Positions 11,326-23,281 of a stretch of DNA of 64,000 nucleotides are shown one piece after another. The stretch's first letter is position 1. Every line of letters starts with the position of its first letter. Under the pieces are notes generated by a model, which did no database searches, had not been told where the DNA came from, and saw only the letters and a program-made list of their open reading frames with translations. Both the position numbers and the translations under genes were made by a program. The DNA is taken from NCBI GenBank assembly GCA_051294375.1, contig CM119264.1, positions 9,360,764 to 9,424,763 of the forward strand. Direction: 5' to 3'. This DNA comes from Paraspadella gotoi (lineage: Eukaryota; Animalia; Chaetognatha).

Positions 11326-14300
11326 GAAAAAAAGGAAGGAAAAGAAAGAGTGTGAGAGAGAAAGAGAAGAGAGAGAAGAGAGAAGAGAGAGAGAGAGGAG
11401 AGAGGAGAGAGGAGAGAGGAGAGAGAAGAGAGGAGAGAGAGAGANNNNNNNNNNNNNNNNNNNNNNNNNGAGAGAGAATTTGAATTAAAGTGAAACGAAA
11501 GGGGAACAAAAAAATTTAATAGAAAGTTGAAAAAAGATTCCGAACGGAAATGTTTAAACAAGAAAATGGAAAATGAAAACAGATGAGAAAAAATTACTTT
11601 GAATATATGAATATAAAATGGAATCGAGAGAAAACGGAGAATAGCAAGCAAAACAGAGAAAGAAGAAAGAAAGTAAAATAGAAAGAAAGAAAGAAAGAAA
11701 GAAAATAAATACCGTAAGAACGAAAGAAGCCAACAAAGAAAAATCTAAACTTTTACAGAGAAATTAAGGACGAAATGAAGAAAGAAAACCTTAAAAAAGG
11801 GAAACGAAGAGATAACGAATAAAGAGAAACGTGTAAATAACGTCGATGATCATTATTCACAACCGCGAGCGAATAGGAAAAAAGAAAAGAAAATAAGTTT
11901 CCTTCAATTCTTCTTCGACCTTCTTCGATTTTCTTTCAACCTTCTGCGGGAACGTTTCAACCATTGTGAAAGTTTAGCTCCGGCTTTCAAATTCCCCCGG
12001 GCTTTCGAATCTTCAATCCCTCTCGAGAAAAGGGTTGGATGAAGAGTCGGGAAATGAAGTAGGACAGGTAATAGAAGGTAGAGAGAAATTAGGTAAGGCA
12101 ATGGTGGGACTGCCTTTGATACCCGGGGCGATTGTAGGGGCTTCGGATGCTATTTCCGCAGAGACCGCCTCCTGATACCGGCATGTTTAAAACGTTCTCT
12201 CACAATTAATTTGTACAAATGCTATAATCAGGATCCCCAGGAATTGAACCGGGGAAGCTCGAAGGATGCGACATGATTTAGCTGGCTCAGCTATTGGGAA
12301 GAGGGAGAGGAAGGACTGTGGAGAGGCGGCTTGAACCCGTAACTTCACGCGGGTAAAGTGGCACGGAAGTGAGAAAGGTGAAATTTGAACAGGAAAAAGG
12401 GAGAGGTGATAAGAGACGTGAAATCTGCACAGAGATGATAACGATGAGGCTTAAATTAAAGAGGCTCAATTAAATTAACGAAGAAAGTAGTCAGTGATAC
12501 TGTGATACAGAAGAAAAAAGAATAATAAAAGCTAAAATACTGCGTCGGGAATAAGTTAAAAAGTTAATTAAAGTCAAATTAAAGAAACTATTGGAGAGTT
12601 AGAGAAAGGGAGATCAAGAATAAGAAGTGGATTTTTAATTAAGCTTATTTGTTAGATAAAGTAAGAAAAAATATGGTAAGGTTGGGAAAAGTACGTTAAA
12701 AGTGAAAAAAGGGTAAGGTTAGATCTTTTCGAAGCGGGGTCATCTTTGGCTCGTCTCTGAGAAAAGCCTCGGGGAAGGACGAGGTTGTCAAAGATTTTTC
12801 AGTTTTACAAAGAGCAAAGTTGATGGCGTTGATCCTTTTTGTGAGAGAAAGAGAGAGAACGTTTCAAGGATGTAGGGATTTATTTGTATATATTTATATT
12901 TGTGAATAACGGTTCATTCATTGTTCAAAATTTTTTACTCTTTTTTGATTGATTTTTAACATTGAAGGGAAGTAATTTCCTTTAGTGATTTACTTACCCC
13001 CCCAAAATTGTACAATTTTTTAGGGTTTTTTTTTATTTATTTTTTTTTCTTATTTTTTTTTATTTTAAATTTTTTCAAACTTTTTTTTGATTTTTTTTAT
13101 TGTATTTTATTTTATTTTATTTTTTATTCTATGTCTTGATCAAAGCATTTTAATCATATATTGAAATAAAAATAATATTGTTTTGATTTATAAAATACTT
13201 TTGCAAGTACCAAAATGATATTAGAGCCGCAGTAACTGTTCAGTTTAAGTCCTTGGAAGTCATTTGCAAGTATTGGCGCACCCACTGGTTCCTTTTATTT
13301 TGGAAGTTGCCCTTTCGAGTTGGTTTCTTATCCAACAGCGCTACAATCTCTTTTATCAGCTATTTAACCAACGCTTTTCCTTCGAGCGTCTTTTCTTATC
13401 TTTTAGTTTTTCTTTGTCTTCTTATCTTTCTATTAAGAACTTTCGTCAGTGCTGATTAAATTTCCTCTTAGAATCGCTTGCAGCCTATTCTCTATTTTTT
13501 CTTTTTTTTTCTTTTTGTTGTCTTATTATTTTGGCTAGGTCATAATAATTTTAGGTCGTATTTAAGTTTGGTAATAAAAAAAGTTTTCAGCCAATAAAAA
13601 AAAAATAGTTGAAATGTTGATCAAGTTAGCTTTCTAGGTAATTGAACATACACCTTTCTTTCTTAACTGCCTCTTATTTTGTTTCTTCAGTGACACTCTC
13701 TGTCAGCTTTTTCGTGTATTTTTTTAATTTTTTTATTTTTTGAGCACTCTCTAGAAACGAAGGGGTCACCTTCGTTAACTTTGCCCGGATTCGCCCCCCG
13801 CTCGTTTCTCCCCGTTTTTATTCCTTCCCAAAAACCTTCTCTCTCCGATCCGAAGAACTGTCACAAACCCCTATCTCCCCCTATCTACCCCCACCTCATC
13901 CGAAGAACCGTCACAACCCATCCCCCCCTCCACCCCACTTCAATCCAAAGTCGCGAAAAATCAACGAAACCTAAAAAATTTCTCTCTTCCATATCGAGTG
14001 ACATTTTATTTTCCCTCTTCTCTTCCTCGGGGACATAAAAAGGAAATGAAAAAAAAATAGTTTCGGATGTAGCGCTCTTTCTTTTCTTTTGTCTTCTGTC
14101 TTATGTCTGCGATTTGGCGCCAGATCCAAAGCCAGCCCACTTCGAGGAAGAAAGTATCCCACAGGGAATGAAAAATGGCGCGAAAAAAAAAGAGAGTAAT
14201 GTACTGAAATTTGTAGAAAAGTGATGGATTTACAGTAAAGGATTTGAGAAAGAAAGAAACAAAAACGGTAATTCCAATGTGTTGCGCCTCAGGGACGTGA

Positions 14301-14399
14301 ATTTCCCTTTGATCACATTCTGTCTTTTATTCCTGATAGTTTTAGGAATTCCTGAATTCCTGAATTCCAACTATATGCAAATTATATGTATTTTTAACA

Positions 14400-14480
14400 T
14401 AAGTGGGACAGACCGACAGACCGACCGAAAAGTGACTTACAGAGTCGCTCCGCGAGAACTCGCATATTGCAACTAAAAAT
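14400..14480 (+). mobile_element. 3' end of a non-autonomous Helentron/DINE-1-like element
   Basis: (GACA/GACC)n microsatellite followed by TTACAGAGTCGC...GCAACTAAAAA, an imperfect hairpin plus A tail. This is the layout typical of such element ends; recognised by architecture only. Confidence 0.45.
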
Positions 14481-15050
14481 TCGAATCTTTGCTCTCGATA
14501 TAGTTCTAACAGAACTACAATGCGTTAAATGCAGTAGTAAATTAAAAATAGTAATTTCGCCTCTTCTTTGGCAAACTTGTTAGAGAAAAAATTTAAATAT
14601 ATATTTTGTCATAGCACACTAAGACAGTTTCAGTTGCATATATAACGACTGCAAAACTTTTAAAAAATATTATCATTATTGACAAAGTTTTTCTTTACAG
14701 TTTTATAGATTGTGACTCGACTCATATTCAAAACAATTAGAATGAAATGAGGAATCGCAAAAGAAAAAATGAATTTGAGATTCAATGTTTTTTTTTCCGA
14801 AAAAATTTGTGAGAAAAAAAAAATATTTTATGTTTTTTTATCATCCGCTCTATTTAATTTATCTCTTCTATTACAGAAGAGTCGGAAAAGATTGAATTTT
14901 AAATTTTTTTTTCTATCATTTTCCCCTTTTATTCTCGTGATGTAAAGTTAGAATTCTTAACTTTCAAATTTCTCCTTTAATCTTTTGCCAGAATTTACAT
15001 ATTTTAATTCTGATGTGGTTTTTTTTAGTCGTTTTTTGCTTACCGAACTT

Positions 15051-15118
<68 letters not shown>

Positions 15119-16453
15119 TTCACGCCACGTGCCTCCGGAGTTTCCTGGATTTGAATTTTGAATTGTGGTTTTAATCCCGAGTAAAAAAAATTAAATTTCA
15201 ATGAAAAATCCTGTAATATTATAATATCATTCGGTCATATAACTCGAATGACTCGAGATAAAGCAAGTTCTTGGCCTTGCGTCTGTCTATTACATCCTGA
15301 ATTCGAAAAAAAGGCTTTAGGACATTTCTCTAGTATATTTAGTATTATTTTTTCTTCCCGTTCAACTTGAAACAACCGCACCGATTTGGCCTAAAGAAAA
15401 AAGTTTCGTCGCAAATTTATTACAAAACGTGTTAAAAGGAAAAATAGAGAATCTCTCACCAAAAATTAGTAGCGACCGCTTTTCGAGAAATGCAAGGGCA
15501 ATTTTTATTGATCGTCTGCTGCGGAGCGGCATGATGCAAAGCTTGCTGCAATTAAATTTTCTGCAATGTAGAAACGAACTCGGGACTAATTGCCAGTAGG
15601 TTTACCTGCATCGGCGATTGCTTGAGCGAGGAAACACCATATCGGCGCTGTTGATTTTGAGAATTGGTTTTTTCTCCATCTGTCTCGTCGTTGTTGAGAT
15701 TAACGTTGCTTTTTCTTGAAAATGTAAAAAAAAGGGAAAAAATAGTCACTTCCTTAATTTCTTTCCTGCTTTGTTTCTATCTATTATCTGTTCTCTATGC
15801 TTTTCTCTTGTGTTTTTTTTTTAAATTTTTTTTTTGTGCCAGAACCTTTTTTCGTCGCACCTGCGAGGCATCCCGCTCAAGTTCTTTCCTTTTTTCTTTT
15901 CTCCTTTCTCCGCCATCTTGCTATTTTGTCGTTTTCTCAACGCCCACGCCACCGCCGCCGTCGCCGTCAAGAAACAAAAGACACCAGCGGCTTCGTCAGG
16001 ATTGAGACGATTGCCACTCCCTTAAGATTGAGAAACGCAAAAAAATATTTAAAATACAAATTAAAAAGTATTATATTAGTTAGTAGTTATAGTTATAGTA
16101 GTTATATTTTCAACTTAGATTANNNNNNNNNNNNNNNNNNNNNNNNNNNNNNNNNNNNNNNNNNNNNNNNNNNNNNNNNNNNNNNNNNNNNNNNNNNNNN
16201 NNNNNNNNNNNNNNNNNNNNNNNNNNNNNNNNNNNNNNNNNNNNNNNNNNNNNNNNNNNNNNNNNNNNNNNNNNNNNNNNNNNNNNNNNNNNNNNNNNNN
16301 NNNNNNNNNNNNNNNNNNNNNNNNNNNNNNNNNNNNNNNNNNNNNNNNNNNNNNNNNNNNNNNNNNNNNNNNNNNNNNNNNNNNNNNNNNNNNNNNNNNN
16401 NNNNNNNNNNNNNNNNNNNNNNNNNNNNNNNNNNNNNNNNNNNNNNNNNNNNN

Positions 16454-16486
<33 letters not shown>

Positions 16487-16496
16487 AGCGGCACAT

Positions 16497-16605
16497 TTAT
16501 GATCTAATGAGAACATTTTGGCAAATCCAAAGAATGACAAGGAAGAAAAGACTATATCTAACGATAGACCACAAGACCGACCGAAATCCACTTTCGGAAA
16601 AGAGT
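16497..16605 (-). CDS. Exon 3 (terminal) of orphan membrane protein: (R)LFSESGFRSVLWSIVRYSLFFLVILWICQNVLIRS*
   Basis: Acceptor TCTCTCTTTCTAG. The phase-2 start matches the end of exon 2, and the exon encodes a hydrophobic C-terminal segment followed by TAA. Confidence 0.5.
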
Positions 16606-17312
16606 CTAGAAAGAGAGACTCAGAGAGTCACCTCGGGGAATCAGGTATCTCATCTGTCCGCAACCACGTTGACTACTACAATAACAACATTCATTTTAGC
16701 TACAAATCGTCTTTCTTCTTTTCTTTTTAAATTTAACGAAAAAAACGGAATCGATTAGAAAAAGAAAAGAAAAATGAAAGAAAAAAGATTGTGAACCGGT
16801 TGAGTTGAGTCGAGTGAGTTCGGAGCCAGGAGAAGGCAGTCGTAAAGCGAATGAATTATTTTGAGAATTTAAGTCGAGGGAGATGGGGAGAGAAAAAAAN
16901 NNNNNNNNNNNNNNNNNNNNNNNNNNNNNNNNNNNNNNNNNNNNNNNNNNNNNNNNNNNNNNNNNNNNNNNNNNNNNNNNNNNNNNNNNNNNNNNNNNNN
17001 NNNNNNNNNNNNNNNNNNNNNNNNNNNNNNNNNNNNNNNNNNNNNNNNNNNNNNNNNNNNNNNNNNNNNNNNNNNNNNNNNNNNNNNNNNNNNNNNNNNN
17101 NNNNNNNTCTATCATTTATAAAATTTTCTGTTAAAAAAAAAAAACCGTAAATAATTAATCAACTAATTGAATGATTAAAAAACAAACTATTGCCGGATGT
17201 GTAATTTGTAAAAACGACTTATTTTCCTTTAAACTAACGACGACATCGAATAACCCCCCCTTTTCAAACACATCCCCTCCCCTTCTCCCGGAACACGTTC
17301 GTCGACGCTTAC

Positions 17313-17514
17313 CTACTCGCCGACGCTGCCGCCCATGCCGCGCCCACTTCCGGCGCGCGGCTCAACCACGCGGCGGCGTCGCCATCGCGCAGTTCGCGCG
17401 CGACGCGTTCGCCCACGCGCCACTCGCCGTCGCTCGTCCGCGCGTCGCTCAGAAACTCGCGAGCCGACGCCGCCCGCTCCGTCGCCCAGCGCCGCACCGG
17501 CGGGAAAGGGGGAA
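17313..17514 (-). CDS. Exon 2 of orphan membrane protein: PPFPPVRRWATERAASAREFLSDART...GAAWAAASAS(R)
   Basis: Very GC-rich open frame within AT-rich flanks, with a strong donor AG|GTAAGC at 17313/17312. The acceptor position is uncertain. Confidence 0.6.
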
Positions 17515-18213
17515 CTTTTATTCGGTGGCAGGGATGGGGGTTGGGGATATTATATATTGTGGCAGGGATGGGGGTTGGGGATATTAACGTCGCTGTGGAG
17601 TGAAATCGGGATTCCAATTTTTGAAATTGGAGTTTGGGATTTTTATAATTTATAGAAATGGGGAAGATTGTGTGATTTCGACATCTTCGTCTTTTCAGTC
17701 ATTCATACTTTTTTTTTCGAAACGTTCTCACTAAAAACTTCGAATACAAACGAAATGCAAATTTTTAACTTCGCTCGTCGTTTAAATGTCTTTTTAGTTG
17801 ATACTTTTTTTTCAAATTTATTCTTTATTTTTTCTCTTCTTTACTTTTCTTCATTCCCGTTCCCACGCGTGAATCGTTCTTTCCCTTTCTCTTCTCTTTC
17901 TAATTTCGCACTTGTATCTTTTCTCTCCATCCAAACTCCTCCGGCTTTTTTTCGTGTCTCACATCTAAATCTCACCCATAATTCTTTCCCCTCGTGTGTT
18001 TTTTTTTATCACCGCCGCAAAGACGCGCCAAATAAAGACACCTTTGACCATCACCGGCATCACCCTCTTTTCTTTATTTTCTTCTGTCTTTCTGTCTTTC
18101 TCTTTTTCTGTCTTTCTTTGTTTGTTTGTTTCATTTGCTCTTTATTTTTTTTTCTGTACAAATTTCTTTCTTTCTTTTAATTTTTTTTCTTCTTTTTTTC
18201 TGTCTCTATTTTT

Positions 18214-18245
<32 letters not shown>

Positions 18246-18394
18246 ATTCCTTTTCTTTCTATCTTTCTCACCCGATAGGTCTCGAAATCCAAAAGAACGG
18301 AAAAAACCTTTTAAAGGGGGCCTTCCCCCGAAAAAACGAAAAAATGGGGCCGGGAACCCCCCCCGCAGACCCCGCCCCCCCTTTTCCCGCCCAC

Positions 18395-18561
18395 CAATTT
18401 TTTTTCTCCCAGAGAAGCAACAAGGGGGAGACGAGCGCGTCTCCTTCCTCGGGCTCTTCCTCCCCGAAGAAGATATCGGCGAGGAAGACGAAGGGGAGGA
18501 GGAAGAGGCGGATCGGGAGGAGAGGGAGAGCGAGGATGTTGAGGAGGAGAGAGACCAACAT
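18395..18561 (-). CDS. Exon 1 of orphan membrane protein: MLVSLLLNILALPLLPIRLFLLPFVFLADIFFGEEEPEEGDALVSPLLLLWEKKN
   Basis: ATG start, strong C-ending codon bias (CTC/ATC/TTC), hydrophobic N-terminus and donor TG|GTGGGC. The junction to exon 2 is one base out of phase as assembled. Confidence 0.55.
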
Positions 18562-19792
18562 GTCTCGAGCGTCTCTGTCGGCGACGATGAACGATGGATG
18601 AACGACTAATGAACGACGAATGAACCAAATTCTATCCGGACTATATCAAAAAGAAAAAAAAAAAAATCAGAAAAGAAAAACTCTTGGTCTTAACACTTTA
18701 AAACTATCTTTAACAAATTATTTTAATTGAAAGACTTAAAAATTTTAAAGGATATCTACACCCTATGGCTTTTTCCTACCGATTATTTTAAGTATAGTGT
18801 CTTTGCTGTTGATGAAGCTTTTTCGTTGTTTGAAAGTTTAACTTAGCCCTGGTAATTAAAAATTAAGGACAAAAATTTGGGTTTTTTTTGTTTGAAATGC
18901 TGCGGTCTTGGAAGTTTCCTGTCAATACCGCCCAGTCGAATGCGCAGAGGTTGTCATGTCGGGTTCATTAAGGTTAAGCTAAAAAAAGATTCCACACCGA
19001 TAAGACAACTTGAGTCCGACTGACTCGCTGAGTCTGAGATATTTTTAGTAATGGCGTCGGTGGAATCCCCGTGAATTAATAATTCCTCAAGGAAAAAATA
19101 TTCGTATTATATATACTTACGTAAAAAGTTTCATCATGAATATATGTGTCCGCGCAAAACTTATCAAGTTTCAATAAAAGGCGGGAAACATAAATATCGA
19201 CAACAAAATTACGCATTTCTGTTGGGATTTTTTATTGATTACTATTTCATTATGGTAATGTTAAAAAAATTTTACACAATTAAACTGTCCGAAATATTTA
19301 TAAAATTTATTTTCTTTCATAAAAACTAATAAAAGGAAAACAAGGATCTCAGTTCTTCTGATTTCGAATCATTTATGGTATCACCGCGTACTACAGTTAC
19401 CGATTCACTTTAACAGTTAATCTAAAACAAAAGAGAAAAAGACAAAAGAGCCTTTGCAACGCCGAATCGTAAATCACTGTGTGAAGGTTTTCCGTGTGGA
19501 AAATTAGAAGCCGGCGGATTAAAATCTTTTCGAAAAAAAAAAAGAAGAGAGAAAAACTCGTTTCGGAATATTTTTTTTTTTTAAATAAAAAAAAACTAAA
19601 GGACGAAAACAAAAGGCGACGCTAATGAGATCGGTTACGACGCCCAACGGATTGCCTGGGAAGCGGGTGGAAAAACAGATGAACAATCAGGGGAGAGAAT
19701 GGACCAAAAGAACGAGCGACAATCTGGGATCGCGACGGAAAATCGCACAACGAAGTGATCTGGGTAGGAACTGTCGAAGGAGAGAACAAAGG

Positions 19793-19856
19793 ATGCAACG
19801 AACGAATGAACTTATTTGCGTCGTAATCTGCTTAGTTCGACTGGCCTCGGCGACAG
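19793..19856 (+). CDS. Candidate signal-peptide exon of the GFR-like gene: MQRTNELICVVICLVRLASAT
   Basis: Hydrophobic core plus an A-S-A cleavage-like motif, ending at a phase-1 donor CAG|GTAAAG compatible with the downstream phase-1 acceptors. Linkage across 29 kb is inferred. Confidence 0.5.
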
Positions 19857-19874
19857 GTAAAGAAACTCTGGAAA

Positions 19875-20025
19875 AAACAAACGAACAAATAAACGAACAG
19901 ACGAACGAACGAACGAAAGAACGAACGAACGAACGCAATAACGAACGCAATAACGAACGAACGAACGAACGAACGAACGAACGAACGAACGAACGAACGA
20001 ACGAACAAACGAACGAAAGAACAAA
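19875..20025. repeat. (AACG)n tetranucleotide microsatellite
   Basis: Direct reading: GAACGAACGAACG... with variants. Confidence 0.95.
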
Positions 20026-21768
20026 CACTAGGAATAACCTGTGAAGCTATAAAGAGACCCTCAGATTCTCCCCTACTCCCCCTTTCGTCTCGACGTCGCA
20101 ACCTTTCTTCCTCTTTTGCTAATCGACTTCCGCCCACGGGCTGAACGCCGTTCTGACCCTGGTGCCAACTTGCTCAAGTCTCAAATGATATCAATGGGTT
20201 GATTTCATAATTGAGCAATGCTAATCTATTGATTGATTGATTCGATATTAATTCAAATTGACTAATTCGATTGGAAATTTGGAATCTCTCTTTGAGTGAA
20301 TCGCTGGTCGTCTTTGTTTACTCTTCGCTAAACGAAAACAAAAGCCACAAACCTGCCACAATCGCAGTCAGTGTTTACGTTTCTGCCTCTTTCTTTTGTT
20401 TTGTTTTGTTTTTTTTGTTGTTGTTGTTTCTTTTTCGTATTTGTTTGTTTAGTTTTTTTTCGTCGTTTGGTCGAAATGTTTTTTCTTTTTTTTTTTAGTT
20501 TTTTTTTTTGTTTTGAAACGTTTCTTCGTCGATGTTTTTCTTTGGACCCGCGGGACATTGAATCCGCGCGTACCTTCGGTTATTTTTTTTATTTCTTTTA
20601 CACGATGCGTCGCCTCATCGCCATAACTCCTTTTGCGCACCACGTCTTTTTTGTCATTGCCTTGTCTATATTGCCGACTCCTTCTTTAAAGAAGAAAGAT
20701 TAGGCTTAAATTAATGTTGCAAAGTGCAAACTATAACAAGATTTAATTTTAAATAGTTTTGACAATCCTAAATTAGAATGGTCCCCGCATTTTTTAGCTT
20801 GCTTATATTTTTTTCCCTCTCTTTCCCTGTCTTTCTGTCGGAATAAGTTTATTCATAGCTTTTTTCCCAGACGCATCGCTAAAACGCTAATCCGAAAGCA
20901 GTTTACTTTGCTACGCCTTTTTGCTACGCCTCTTTGCTACCCATTCCCCTTGCACTTCCTAGCTTTTCTTCGCTTTCTCATGTCCAATCAATTGTGAGAC
21001 TGATTTTGTTTTTTGAATTATAGGATATAGCGCAATTCTTTATCTTTAGTTCAAAAGACAATAGTAACTAGTTTTTTTTTCTACATTGACATTGTACTCA
21101 TTACAGAGAGAAAAAAAAGGAACACAAAGTTTTTTTGTTGCGGTTAAATCATTTTGATGTCTTTGTTGACGATGTCATTTCCCGTCACGACAAAGACATT
21201 GTAAATCCCCGCCTTCCGTAATTCCGGCTCACATTTCGATTTAGTTGCCTTCTTCCTCTTAGTCGTAGTGGTCGTCGTCGTCGTCGTCGTTGTCGACCTT
21301 CTTTTTCTTTCGACTCATTTCCCGCGGTTTTCATTTCCTCCCATTTTCTCGCGATTGTTACTTTGTTTTTCTTCGTTTTCGTCTTCGCACTTATTTTTTC
21401 GTTCCCGCCATTTTGCTTCGTAATTGGTGATCGCAAAGACTGATGAAAAACAGAAAATGACAACAGGAATGATAGCGTGTGATTAGTTAAGATAATTACT
21501 ACTAAGTATTGATAGAAATAACGACGTCCGATCATTGAGCAATAATTGGTGAGTTATGTAATTGGGTATAAGTATTCTCGGTTAATTTTTCATGTGCGTT
21601 TTGGATGAGTGTTCATGTCATATATATCTTGATTCCGAGAAAAGATAGCTCATAATAACAATTTGATGATTTTTTTCTACAATTTCATATTTTGTTTTCT
21701 TTTTAATATTTAGTTGATAAGAACTTGTCATTACTATTCAAAGGTTTTACTTTCGGTTTTTTCGTAAT

Positions 21769-21840
21769 TTCTAATCCAAAATATTTTCTTTTTTTTTCTC
21801 TATTCTTTTTCACTTTTCCCTTTGTGGATTTCAGGTAAGT
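21769..21840 (+). promoter_or_regulatory. Juxtaposed 3'/5' splice site (candidate recursive splice site)
   Basis: TTCTAAT branch-like motif, a ~40-nt polypyrimidine tract, no AG for ~90 nt, then TTTCAG|GTAAGT. Confidence 0.55.
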
Positions 21841-21879
21841 TTTTCTTTCATGATGGAGAGAGCAAAAACCGTATTCAGT

Positions 21880-22111
<232 letters not shown>

Positions 22112-23210
22112 ACATATTCTACGGAACTTCGAATCGCTCTCGTCATTTTTTTCATTTCAAATCCCCCAAGTTTTTGAAAATCCCCGAACGGAGATTTTCC
22201 GCGCCAGGGTTCGTGGGGAGTTAAGGAGATTAATGTGGCTCCAAAAGAGTCGTGAGTGAATCCCGAAATCGCTTTCCTAATGATTTTGGGCCTCGATGTT
22301 TTAGCTTTAATTTCTCACTCGAATTAGAAAAAAAAAAACTCACAAATCTAGATACAAAGATTTTTTTTTAAACAAATTCGTTGGGATAATTAAGTGAGGA
22401 TGGAAATAAAATTATCGCTTGATAGTAATAAAATTTATTGCCGACATCCCGTTGACACTCACGGCAATGTGGACAATTTTCCATCGTCCTCTAAAATCTT
22501 CCCAAATATGAAAGATCCGTCATCTCCGAAAAACTCCCTCATCTTTTATCGCCCATTATTTTTATTTCCTCTCTTCATCATCCACGTAGTTTTCATATCA
22601 GTAATTTTTTTTCTCTTCTGTCATCTCTCTCTGCCTCTATTTCCTCTTTTCCTCTACTAAAACTTTCTTATTAGAAAATGAGTGACTCTAAATCTTTGGT
22701 TGACTTTTAATTTCACATCATCCTTCTACTTCTTACGCGTTTTCTTTCTTTCCAACCATTCCCTCTCGATTTTTGCCTTTGTCTTTCCACGAGCTTTATC
22801 TCGCTTTTTCTCAATCTTTTTACTTTCATTTCTTCTAGAAACCAGACCTTGAATAATAGTTTTTGAAAAATGAATCGAAATATTAGCATTAATAAAAAAA
22901 AAATCATGCCAACTCCCAGACGTTTTTTCTTCGCTTTGAATCGGTATTCCCCAACCCACCTATGATTCTCTATTTTATCCCATTTTTTTCTAATCCCTGT
23001 TGGCCGAGTTTCTCTCTTCCTATTCTCTCTTCTCAACTTCAGCCTCTTCATATCTCCTTTCACTTTCACCCCGAATTTCTTCTCCGTCGATTGAATCGTT
23101 TTCTTCTTTCCGGAACTCATATCTGACCTCCTCACTTCCTCACTTCCTCACTTCCGGCCTTTCGCTCGCCGAGTTCCATTTCCAAGGGAATCAATATTTC
23201 ATCTTCGCCG

Positions 23211-23281
<71 letters not shown>

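Noticed and set aside
4780-18450. Genome-wide non-canonical (GA-AG) intron system
   Set aside because: Only two suggestive AG|GARACG sites were found, each with a simpler explanation, and all confident exons use GT-AG.
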